Shown here piece by piece: positions 36,722 through 48,560 of a stretch of 64,000 bases of DNA (positions within the stretch are counted from its first letter, which is position 1; each line of letters begins with the position of its first letter). The notes beneath the pieces are model-generated. The model was not told the DNA's origin. It saw only the letters and a program-made list of their open reading frames with translations, and did not search any database. Source of the DNA: Octopus sinensis (lineage: Eukaryota); NCBI RefSeq assembly GCF_006345805.1, contig NC_042999.1, forward strand, positions 118,234,001-118,298,000, read 5' to 3'. Position numbers and translations under genes: made by a program.

Positions 36722-37050
36722 ACATATAGTGGCTCAGTGGTTAGAACATCAAGCTTATAATCGTGAGGTTGTGAGTTCGATTCCTGGACTGGACTGCGTG
36801 TTGTGTTCTTGAGTAAGACACTTTATTTCACGTTGCTCCAGTTCACTCAGCTGGAGAAATAAATTGCAACATCACTGGCGCCAAGGTGTATTGGCTTTTG
36901 CCTTTCCCTTGGATAACACTGGTGGCATGAAGAGGGGAGGCTGGTATGCATGGGCAACTGCTAGTCGTCCTTAAAAGCAACCCTAAGTTGTGTGTTTGCC
37001 AGTGAGGAGACTTTCTGCCCTGACTTGTACCCTGGAGGAGAACTGATGGA
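36722..37050 (+). mobile_element. tRNA-derived SINE (family E), inverted relative to 35740-36075
   Basis: A box TGGCTCAGTGG, B box GTTCGATTCC, same body. Confidence 0.85.
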
Positions 37051-37056
37051 GTTGAG

Positions 37057-37109
<53 letters not shown>

Positions 37110-37339
37110 GATAAAACTTTTCGAAAAAATTTCTATCAATGGCCAGCATATTAGAAAATACCTTTAAAGGTTAACTTTATAAGCAACTTATAAACAAGGG
37201 CAAAAGAAAAAATTCTAATGCCAAATATGCCGAAAATAAACAAATCGTCAATAACTATATAATATATTGGTTATTGACTATTTGTTTATTTTCAGCATAT
37301 TTGACATTAGAATTTTTTCTTTTGCCCTTGTTTATAAGT

Positions 37340-37390
<51 letters not shown>

Positions 37391-37393
<3 letters not shown>

Positions 37394-40300
37394 GGGCGTG
37401 CACTCTCAGGTAGGGAAGGTATGCCTTCTTTGTATGCCTTCTTTGTTTCAAAGAAAATCCGTCCAGTTGTTTTTGAAATATTTTGTCTCTCCTTCCCCTC
37501 TCTCAGTGACTCGTACTTCTGCTTTGAGAAATGCTTTGAGAAGATCGCATGACACACACTCCCTCTCTGCCTGTATTAGTTTGTCCTTCCTTTCTATCTC
37601 TCTCTCTTAGTGACTCAACAAATTCATTGTTGCGTGTCATGCTTTGAGAAGACCGCATGACACCCCTTCTCTCTCTCTTTGTTAATTTGTACCCCCTTCT
37701 TCTCTCTCAGTGATTCGACAAATTCATTGTGGCATGTCATGCTTTGAGAAGACCGCATGACACGCTTCTCTGTCTATTGTTAGTGTAGAATTGTTGCTAA
37801 CCTGGTTCCACTTTTGACCCGTAAAATTTATGACCGGAACAAGAGCAATCCCATAATTCTTGAGTTAGCCAGCTGAAATGTTGGAATAGCTTGGCAGTAA
37901 GTTTGAATTTTTTTATCCAAAACATCCGTTTGCACTATTATATTTTTAGAGTGTTTTGAAAATAAAAATATAATCTATATTATATTTCTTATTTCAGAAA
38001 TAGCTAATTAATCTTAAATTAATTTAGCTGAGGGGATTTTTCCGTTTTGTTGAAATTGACTTACGATTTACGCCGGCGCTTCCGCGTGGGTTCTTATATA
38101 AGAGCAGCCTTTTTCAAAATGAGTGAAATGTGTGTTATAAACGATATTTTGAGAAATAGTTTTTCGAAAAGAGACTTCGATGGGAAATAATTAATTATGA
38201 ATGGTGGGAGACCAACACCGAATTTATCTAATTTGCGAAGCTACCACAAGAAATTCACGAGACAATTTCAGGTTAATTTGTATGAAAAGAAAAAAGGGTT
38301 AACTGGAAGTGTTGCTCTTAATAAATTATTCTGTTGGCCGTGTTTACTTTTTGGCTCAGAAAAAAATGTTTGGAATGATAAAGGCTATGATGATTTAAAT
38401 AATTTACATATGAGATATTCCTGTAGGCCCCCAAGAATTATGCTAAAGTACGAACGTTCTCAAAGGCATATAAAATGTTTGATAGATCTTAAAATATTCG
38501 GGAATGTTTGCATAGACTTACAATTAGATGCACGTAAAAATCAAAGCATACAACATCATAATGATGAAGTTAGACGAAACAGATCCATTCTGCAACGATT
38601 GATCGATATTGTTATTTTTTGTAGGCCTCCAGGAATTATCGTTTCGGGGTCATTTTGAATCTGAAGGCTCTAATAATCGTGGAAATTATGAAGAACTCGT
38701 ATATTTGATCAGTAAATATGACAAAAATGGAAAGTCAGCTAGATACAGCTTCTATCTTCACCGGTCTGTCAAACAGAATTCAAAATGACTTGATCGAAGC
38801 AATTCATAAATATATGTTGAATGAGATGCAGAAGGAAATTGAGCAAGCTAAGTTTGTTTCTATTCTTGTTGATGAGACATCTGATGTCTCAGCATTTTCA
38901 CAACTGTCAACAGTTTTACGTTATGTTACAGAAGACTGTGTGACGAAAGAACGATTTATCGGTTTTAGTGATGTTAGTGCAGATCGATCTGCAAATGCTT
39001 TATCTGAATATGTTTTTAAATGCATTGAGACGTGGGAATGTGGAAACAAATGGATTGCACAGACATATGATGGTGTCGCTACAATGGCAGGACAACTAAA
39101 TAAGTTACAGGCAAAAGTAAGAAAGAAATACGAACGTGCGATCTTTATTCATTGTTGTGCCCATATCCTAAATTTAGTTCTTTCACAATCATGCTCTGCT
39201 ATGAAAGAATGCAAGATATTTTTTTCTACAATAAACGGACTCGGTACATTTTTTACGAAATCACCGAAAAGGGCTAATGCATTAGATAACATTGTTAAAA
39301 AAGATTTCCGAAAGCAACAGCAACTAGATGGAATTACTCCTCACGTCTTATTATTACCACAAAGGAAGATTATAATTTCATAATCAGCCTTTTTGAACAC
39401 ATCATTGAAAATCCTGAAGCATGGGGTGATACCACCATAAATTCAGCAATTGGATTCTTACACACTTTAAAAGCTCTTGATTTCTTATTTTTGTTAGAAG
39501 TATTCAGTGACATTTTTTCTTTTACTGGCGTCTTATTTAACATACTCCAGAGTAAAAGTTATGACATAGTGTATTGTAAAGAGCAAATAGATAAAACTAG
39601 AACTGTACAAACTTGCTAATTTTTCAATCTTTTATGATAGGTTAGGGGAAAAATATGGAGTCGATGCAGGAATCGGAATTCAGAGATCCAAGAATATATC
39701 TATTGATCCCCAACGACATTATAGAATGCTTTATAACAAAATTATCAGTACAATAGTTGACCAAATAAAAGCACGATATTCATCCTTAGAAGAGTTTAAA
39801 TTCATGGAACTTTTTAATTTCAACAAAGTTGATGAGTATTGCAAACAATTTCCCGTGGGCTCTTTAGATTCTTTAAGAACAACTTATGGCAGATTTTTTG
39901 ATGTAATACGATTACAAAGTGAGCTCAATGTGATGTATTCAATGAAAGATTTAAAAAAACCAAGTGTAAGTCATTTAATGAGTTACATTAACAGCAGTGA
40001 TCTTGTTGAAGCTATGCCAGAACTCTTCAATCTGTGCAAGTTGATTTTGACAATTCCGTCTACCACTGCTTCTGTAGAGCGATCCTTTTCTGCATTAAGT
40101 AGAATTAAAACATACCAAAGAAATGCGACAGGAGAAAGAAGACTGTCTGGGTAAGCACTAATGTCAATTGAAAAAGATTTATTACAAGAATTGATGAAAA
40201 GAGATTTCTATGAAAATGTGATAGATATTTTTGCCCAGAAAGACCGAAGAATTGAATTAATTTATAAATGAGGTAAATAACATTTTAAAACATTAAAAAA

Positions 40301-41254
40301 ATTAATATATTAAAGAGCATGTATTACAGGTTTTGCTTAGTGTTTGTTATAACGTAAGGTTCGACCTTCTTACATCAGTATTGTTTCGCAGGAGAAATGT
40401 TTCGATTTCTTCGTCAAACCTAACCTACATAGATTTCCCTTTCTGTGCTGCTGGGTGTAGTCTATTTACGGCCGTAAATAAGTGTCTTGTTTCACTTTCA
40501 ATAAGTGTCTTGTTTCAATCTCAGAGATGTTGACTTCTGCCACAACAGTTTGGGGAGGCTTTTTACAATGTTGAATTTTCGCTGTCTTTCATTGTGTGTG
40601 TATTCATGTATATGCGTGTATTTTCAATGTGTGTGCGTGAGACGTAGTCTTTTAATGTACGGAGTTCAGTAAGTTTCAGAACAGTCAATAATTTTCCCGG
40701 AATTGACAAGTAGCATGATAAAGCACCTGACTTGTCTTCGAGAGCGTAACGATCTAAAACCATGGCCATATAATGTAACTAAATGTGTTCTTTTAATTAA
40801 ATCATTTCAAATTGATTCGGCTCAACCAATAGGTATAGGGGCTAATGCAGAATCGCACCTCTTTGAAAAACGAATTTTTGTGAAAAATGTTTTTCGGATT
40901 CCTACCTTTAACAGAGATTCTGAATATGCAAAAATATAGACAGAATCCAATTTCATCTTTATTACATTTCACTTATAATTTTTAGACTTTTCTAAGGGAG
41001 AATGAGGATGGGAAAGTACTGACGTTTCGAAGAGAAAAGAATAATACAAACAATACACTTATTTCAGGCTCATCTCTACACAGCCATTTTTTATTCCCTG
41101 TTTATTCTAGGTCATACGGAGATGATTGCATATTCCGAATCTCTTATTTGTAAATCGTAGGAACATGAAAATGTTTTACTGAAAAATTGCCGGTGGGGGT
41201 GGTGGCAATGAAATTCATTGCATGCCCAACACCGGAAGTCACCGCATGCCACTG
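37391..41254 (+). mobile_element. Full-length hAT-superfamily DNA transposon (ZMYM1/DUF4371-type transposase), decayed
   Basis: Imperfect 11-bp TIRs CAGGGGCGTGC / CAGTGGCATGC, 8-bp ATATATAT TSD on both sides, internal transposase. Confidence 0.9.
38119..40270 (+). pseudogene. hAT transposase pseudogene
   Basis: ORF pieces 38197-38658, 38718-39383 and 39726-40154 carry FVSILVDETSD (D1), AQTYDG (D2), IHCCAH (CxxH) and STTASVERSFS (E, dimerisation domain). Several stops and frameshifts. Confidence 0.92.
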
Positions 41255-41272
41255 ATATATATATGTGTATAT

Positions 41273-41318
<46 letters not shown>

Positions 41319-41989
41319 GTCTGTCAATGTCCTTGTAACTTAGTGGTTCAGCAAAAAGACTTTGATAGCATAAGTACAAGGCTTAAAGAATTAAGTACTA
41401 TGGTCGATTCGCTTGCTTAAAAATTTCTTTAAGGTCGTGCCACCACATGGCTACAGTCTAATGATTGAAACATATAGAATATAGAAAAGTAAAAGAGTAT
41501 TACATTAGACAGAATAATCTGAATGCTAAAGGGTTAAAATATGAAAATACAGTGAACAATAGAATGATACAAGTGTTTTACTTAAAATATCAGCAATAGC
41601 ATCTCCATCATCAACAAGCAAAAACAGTAATAACTTATTCAGTATCAGCCGAAGGTACTAGCAACTTGAGTAGTCCCAGAGGGTATCTCAACTGCAGAGG
41701 TGTTATCTCATATGTTTGAAATACAAAGGGAGAAAATGTGAAAATATTCCTACTTTTAATAAACAGCCATAAGCACTCTATTCCTGCATTTGCAGATTTT
41801 TTCTGTCTCCTTGTGGAAATTTATAAAGAAATTTTTACTTGCTAAGACACTAAATTCAACTTGCTTAAAGTACTATTAATCCCATGGCCGACCCTAGTGA
41901 AATAACAGCCAATAGTTGTCAACACTACAATAGGAATGCTATAGGAATAAAACTCAAGTAATCCACATAAACCAGCAACAACTGTTTAA

Positions 41990-42397
41990 CCCTTTAGCAT
42001 TTAAACAGGCCATATCTGGCCTCACACACCTATTTTACCATGTCATTCTAAAAATAATAAAAATAATAATGAAATTATTGTATGCAGTGCTCAGGTGCAC
42101 CACAACTTGTCAAAAGTGCTTATAAAGCATATGCAGTAATGTACAAATGTCTGGGAAGTGAACAGTGTATGAGTCAGATACATGTTTGCGTGTGTATGGA
42201 GGGGAGAAAATCAGGTGTAGTTTTGGCAAATCTCAGGACGCATGGAAGTTTTGAAGGATACAGTACTCCGACAACTAACAACTGATGCAGGCACATGTAT
42301 CATCAAAACCTCAAAGTTACAAGATAATGCATGATTAATTTAAGCCAATGTGAATAAAAAGGTATACATTTGACAGAGAGATCTGAATGTTGAAGGG
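41990..42397 (+). mobile_element. piggyBac-type MITE (second family) with an internal insertion
   Basis: TTAA|CCCTTTAGCATT left end, degenerate GAATGTTGAAGGG|TCAA right end. An isolated right end GAATGCTAAAGGG|TTAA occurs at 41521-41537. Confidence 0.6.
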
Positions 42398-42739
42398 TCA
42401 AAATTGAAAACTATACCAACTACAGAGATAAGTAAATTAACGATGTCTTTAGTTTTCCAACATAAATAAAGAAAACACTCAAGAAATACATGTCAGTGAT
42501 TTTCTCGACATCAGCATAACAACTTGATATTAATTTAATTAATAATTAAAAATACAAATAACCCAATGAAAATATCAGACAGACTTTAATAAGCCACACC
42601 ATAAAAGCATTTATTGGCTAAGAAACATGCTCATTTGACGTCCATCCTATCTAATCAGATTTATTTCTGTATAAAACTGACTTTCCCATTTCATCTTCAA
42701 AGGAAAGTTTTCTTTTGTCTTGGCTTAGGTTTTGATATA

Positions 42740-42813
42740 CCTACCTACCTACATACATACATACATTCTCACTCACACATGTATATAGACACAAATATAC
42801 ATATATATATACT

Positions 42814-42850
<37 letters not shown>

Positions 42851-42878
42851 GCATATGTATATATATATATATATATAT

Positions 42879-42911
<33 letters not shown>

Positions 42912-42943
42912 TAGATATACATATATATATACATATGCACACA

Positions 42944-42989
<46 letters not shown>

Positions 42990-43015
42990 CATATATACGA
43001 AGTATGTGCATGCAT
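42740..43015 (+). repeat. Compound (TA)n/(CA)n/(CATA)n microsatellite
   Basis: Direct reading. Confidence 0.95.
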
Positions 43016-44519
43016 GTATATTCTGGCCATTTTCCTATTACTTACATAGCTCCTTAGCTAATTACAGAGTTAAGTCAGCTGGAAATAATGATGTTCAATT
43101 TATAATACTCTTGCAAAAGGTAGAATGACTGATAAATTAATGCAAAAGCATGTCTTGTATTTTTAGTTAAGTCTTCATTGCAGGCTTTGTGGCATCGGTT
43201 TATGGAAAATACCCTGTAATCATGTCGGTTGCTATAGCAGACATAGTGTGGAGTTGAAATTGTGTCTTGTTCAATACAAGAAACTTCATTTACATAAGGA
43301 ATGATTACGATAGTGATGCTAGTGGTTGTAGTGGTGATGGTGATAGTGATGGTCGTGATGAAAATGATGATGATGATGATGACGATAATGGTGATGAAAT
43401 GTTTCTTTTTGTCTACATGCAAAGTACTGTTTGTAAGGATGGGGTGTATATGCAACTGAAACACTCTGGTATATATTCTTTGCTTATTTTAGAGCAGTAG
43501 ATTGCCAGCGTCATTAGAGCATTGTTGGGGAATCAGATGAAGTACCACACAGTATTTCTTTACATTCTGAGTTCAAATCTTACCAAAGTTAACTTTATTT
43601 CTTATCCCTCTGAAGTCATTTACTTAGGTTGGTGCTACTAACCCTACCCTTAAACTTTATAACCATTGATTAAATGTAGTGAGCTGGCAAAACTTTCTAA
43701 GAGATTTGTATGTAATATAATATCAGGTGTCATTGTGTGGTAAGAAGCTTGCTTCCCAACCACATAGTTCTGGGTTCATTCCCACTGTATGGCACCTTAA
43801 GCATGTGTCTTCTATTATAGCCTTGATCTGACCAAAGCCTTGTGAGTGGATTCAGTAGATGGAACTTGAAAGAAGCCCATCATTTATATCATATGTGTGT
43901 GTCTGTGTTTGTCCCCACCACCATTACTTGACAACTGGTGTTGGTGTGTTTACATTCCCATAACTTAGCTGTTTGTCAAAAGAGACTGATAAAATAAGTA
44001 CAAAGGCAGTGAGTGCTCCAGCATGGCTGCAGTCAAATGACTGAAACAAGTTAAAGAATGAAAGAATTAAAAAAAAAGTTTATCTGCATTTGTTCCAAGA
44101 TCATCTGACGGCAGTCGATAAAACAGTTCCAACCAGGTACTATGATTGACAGCATTGACTTTACCCTCTCCTTAAAATTGCTGGCCTTGTGTCTAAATCA
44201 AAAACCAAAGTTGGTAATGACACAAGGAACAGATGATGAAATTTTGATAGTGATCTAGGAATTTTTATGGATTCTTGAAAGATTTTTCCATTGTTATATT
44301 TACTTTACATGAAGTATTACAATGTTACATTCTTTGATTATCTCCCTTGAAAACACGTTCACCGTTTCCACGTAGCCTATGGTGGTGTTGCTGTTTCCAA
44401 AGTTTCATTTTCATTTCTCTATTAGTAATTTTACTTGTGTATCTATGGATTCTTGAAGGATGATTGATACTATGCTGACCACAGAGGGATGTAAAGTAGT
44501 TAGGTAGGTTTAGTTTCAT

Positions 44520-44790
44520 AAGTCGACAGATACCTCTTTTATCTTTACTAAGGAATCATCTGACCATCGTTCTTGGTGATTTCAATGTGGATCTCCTTGA
44601 TTCCCCTAACCGCGAGATCTTGACAACTATGAACCAGTTTTGGCTTGACCAACTTGTCCAAAAACCCACCACCAACTATGGAAGCCTGCTAGATCATGTT
44701 TATGTGAACCAGGATCGACGTCCACAAGTCACCATAACTGACTGTTACTTTTCCGACCATGATGTTGTGTGTATATCACTCAAGTTTTAT
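44520..44790 (+). mobile_element. AP-endonuclease (EEP) C-terminal fragment, Helentron/Helitron-EN-like
   Basis: IVLGDFNVDLL...QLVQKPTTNYGSLLDHVYVN...DCYFSDHDVVCISL in one open frame. CpG-rich relative to flanks. Confidence 0.7.
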
Positions 44791-44921
44791 GTAATTCTTG
44801 TTTCTTTTAAGTTGTATGGTGAAACTATCTTGCTGTTGTTAATGATGTATTATAACTGCTTCAGATGGTTCCTGTTTTTAAAGGATTTTTTTTTAAAAAT
44901 CACATGGCTGTGTTATTTTTT

Positions 44922-45052
44922 TTTAACCCTGCCAAGGAGGTTATGTTTTTGCTGGCATTGGTTTGGGAAATTGGGTGATTTTCAGCATGCGTGTATATGG
45001 GTGGAAATGCACTGCTTGGCGGAGGTCTGTGCTCTCCGAGTGCTTTTCTTGT
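44922..45052 (+). mobile_element. HINE-like (non-autonomous Helentron) short element
   Basis: 5' subTIR ACCCTGCCAAG (44926-44936), 3' subTIR CTTGGCGGAGGT (45015-45026), terminal hairpin GTGCTC-TCC-GAGTGC (45029-45043), T-rich flanks. Confidence 0.6.
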
Positions 45053-48000
45053 TTGCTTATTGTTGATTTACTGCATCTGCAGAGACTCATCATTCCTATT
45101 TTTATATTACAACATTTTTCAGATTCCAATTGCAGAAAAATTTAACTCCTTGTGAGAAAATAAAGGTCTTCCATTGCTCTTTGAGTATTTCATCTGTTTC
45201 AACATTTTTGTATTCTACTCCTTTAGTTTTCAATGTGATTCATTGTCTGTAAAGGGAAAATTGTCTCACAATGGCATATAATTTCAATTTTCCTTCTGTA
45301 TAGAACATAGCACAGCAGTTATATGTATATGACGTGGAAATATAAACATCAAGTTGCGGTTTCAATTCTTCATTCAGTATTTATTGTTTATAAGATGAAC
45401 ATCAGTCTCAGTCACAGGATGGGGAAAACAAAGTGCTTTTCATAACAGTTATGTTTATCATAGGTAGTTCATCATATTTTCCTGTTCTAATTGTCAAATC
45501 CAACAGTTTGTTGCTGAAAAAATATTAATATGCTGCTGATTGCATCTAGCTTCCTATTAGCTAATCATTCATTATTTTTACCTAGTTTTGGAAGATCTTA
45601 TATAAGTTTTGATTGACTAACCTCAGCAACCATAACTGGATTATTTCCAGATGACATCAGCAAGTTCTTTGTGATTTAGTATGGTGGGATTTTCATTGTC
45701 AATTCAGCTGTAGTCTGGCTAAAGAACATTGTTAATTAATTTCTTCCTGATATCATCAGTTCTGGTTAATGTTCACAAAATTTTCCTAATTGACAAACAT
45801 GAACTTTTGGTTCATATTGAGACAAAAACCTGCTACAACAGCATCATTTATTTATAATGTAAAACAGAGCCACTGGAAAGTCTGGGTTTGTTGGAGCACA
45901 ATATTCATGATTACCAATGGATTCGTTGTGTTTTGGTGCTTTAGGAAGGATATCTTGCTTTAGTAGTTCTTTTGTCTCAGATATATCATATTTTGTTATT
46001 TTATATTTCTGTTGTATTTTCCATTCTTGTTATTTAGAAGTGTTGTTTGTTTGCTAATTTCATTAAGGATTGAAAGATCTTTCCTTTTATCTTCTCTTTT
46101 TTTTTGTTTCTGAGTATTAGTTTTCGATACCATCTGTTTAGGTTGTGACACTCCTATTTGGAAGGGTTTTAGAGAGTATCCAATTTCTTTTGTGGTCACA
46201 AAGGCTACCACATATATTATTTTATTTAGTCAAGTCATATTGGCATTTACTTTCTTTGCAATTAGTTCTGTGATGGCCAAATTTATATTTTCTATTGTTG
46301 CTGCTTTCTTATTATCAAGTTTAATTTTCAGGTGGTACATATGGCACTGAGCTGGCAGAAACATTAGCATGCCAAACGAAATGCTTAGCAGTATTTCATA
46401 TGTCTTTACGTTCTGAGTTCAAATTCTGCCGAGGTTGACTTTGCTTTTTATCTTTTCAGGGTTGATAAATTAAGTACCATTTGCATACTGGGGTCAGCCT
46501 AATCAACTGGCCCCCTACCCCAAAATTTCAGGCCTTGTGCTTAGAGTAGAAAAGAATTTTCAGGTGGTACAGTCAGTAGTCAATACTGAATTCTTCTGTC
46601 AGTTTTATAATTCCTTGATTATGCTCATTTTTAAAATATCATAATCATGGTTTCTGAATTCATTTTTTCCTGCTTTTAGGTTTGCTACATGTTTCTTCCA
46701 TTTTTTATTTTCATTTGTGCTGTTCTGGTTTGTTGTATTTTAGTCCTCCTTATAAGTCCTAAGGTTTGGCTTTGTTGTGTTTCATTGCTTACTTAATTTT
46801 TGTTGCACTTGTTATGTCTATCCTTGTGTTTTACTATCCTAGTGCTTATGTTATTATTAAATATTGTTCTTTGGGCACTATTTGCTTTTTCATGCTGTAA
46901 TTTATTCTATTAAATGCTCTATTTCAATTTCTGGTATCCACCACCACCATTATCGTTATGGTTATCTTTATTATTATGATGATTTTATTATCACAAGCTA
47001 AACTTGATTATTATCATTTCCTTTTTGAGTGAGTTAAGTGTCTATCTACTTTTGGAATGAAATGAAATTGCGAAGAAACTTAATCATTATGTATTTACTA
47101 AATTCATTATCTAATCTATGTATTTATGTCTTAAGGATAGTAATGACTTCCATGATATAATGTACAGAATGATGAGTTATAATACATAATTTTATAATTA
47201 TCCTGGAATGTACAATGGGAAAATTTATTGCTAAGACAAGGAATTTGATTAAAGGAATCTCAAAATTAGAAATGTTATTCCCAAGGCAATAGGCATTATT
47301 ATATTGTGTAAATTATTGGTTTCTAGCATTGACGCATAGCCAGAAATTTTACTGTTGATGAAATTGATTTCAGTATATTACTGGTTGTTAATTCATTGAC
47401 CCCCAGGAAGATGAAAGGCAAAATTGAGTTTAGCAAGATTTGGGCTGAAAACCACCACCACCACAACAACAACAACAACAACCACCACCACCACTACCAC
47501 GTCATCGTCATCATAATGCCTATCTATTTAGTTCTGCATAGTCAAGATGAAATTCATTAAGGGAGACTTTCTATAGCTTTATGCTCTTCCTGTCACTGAC
47601 ATTAATGTGTTTACTAGTTGATATTTCAACATGGTTGAAGGCAGTGAGCTGGAAGAGTCTTTAGCATGCTGGACAGAATGCTTAGCAGCATTTTTTCCAT
47701 TTTTATGTTCTGAGTTCAAATTCTGCCAAGCTCAGCTTTGCCTTTCATCCCTTTCAGAGCTAATAAAATAAGTACCAGTTGAGTACTGCGACTGATGTAA
47801 TCAACTTATTCTTTCTCCCAAAATTGCTGGCGTTGTGCCAAAATCTGAAGCTAATGTTTCAACATGGCAGGACATGTTTCCACAGAAATTTAGAAATGAA
47901 AGATACCATTTGTACGATGGCTGTATTCCTTTGTATGTTGGATGTGTTCCACATACACACACACTTACATAAATATGAAATTCTTTCAATTTTTGTTTAC

Positions 48001-48159
48001 TAAATATACACACAAGACTTTAAGGCTTTAGCTGTCTGTCCTGATACTATAGTAGAAGACGTTTGTCCAAGATGTGTTATACAGTGGGATTGAACCCAAA
48101 ACCATGTGGATGGGAAGTGAACTTCTTAATCACATAGCTATGCTTGTAAAGTATTTACT

Positions 48160-48370
48160 CTTTTACTTGTTTCAGTCATGTGACTGTGGCCACGCTGGAG
48201 CACCGCTTTTAGTCGAGCAAATCGACTCCAGGACTTATTCTTTGTAAGCCTAGTACTTATTCTATTGGTCTCTTTTGCTGAACCGCTAAGTTACGGGGAC
48301 TTAAGCATCGGTTCTCAAGCGATGTTGGGGTGTCAAACACACACACATACATACATATATATATATATAT

Positions 48371-48402
<32 letters not shown>

Positions 48403-48560
48403 CACATATATACAATGGGCGTCTTTCAGTTTCTGTCTCCCAAATCCACTCACAAGGCTTTGGTTAGCCCGAGGCTATAGCAGAAGACACTTGCCCAAGG
48501 TGCCACGCAGTGGGACTGAACCAGGTGCCATGTGGTTTGTAAGCAAGCTACTTACCACAC
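48160..48560 (-). mobile_element. SINE family A with internal (TA)n expansion
   Basis: Complete head-to-tail match to other copies. Further copies at about 55785-56243 and 57597-57938. Confidence 0.9.
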
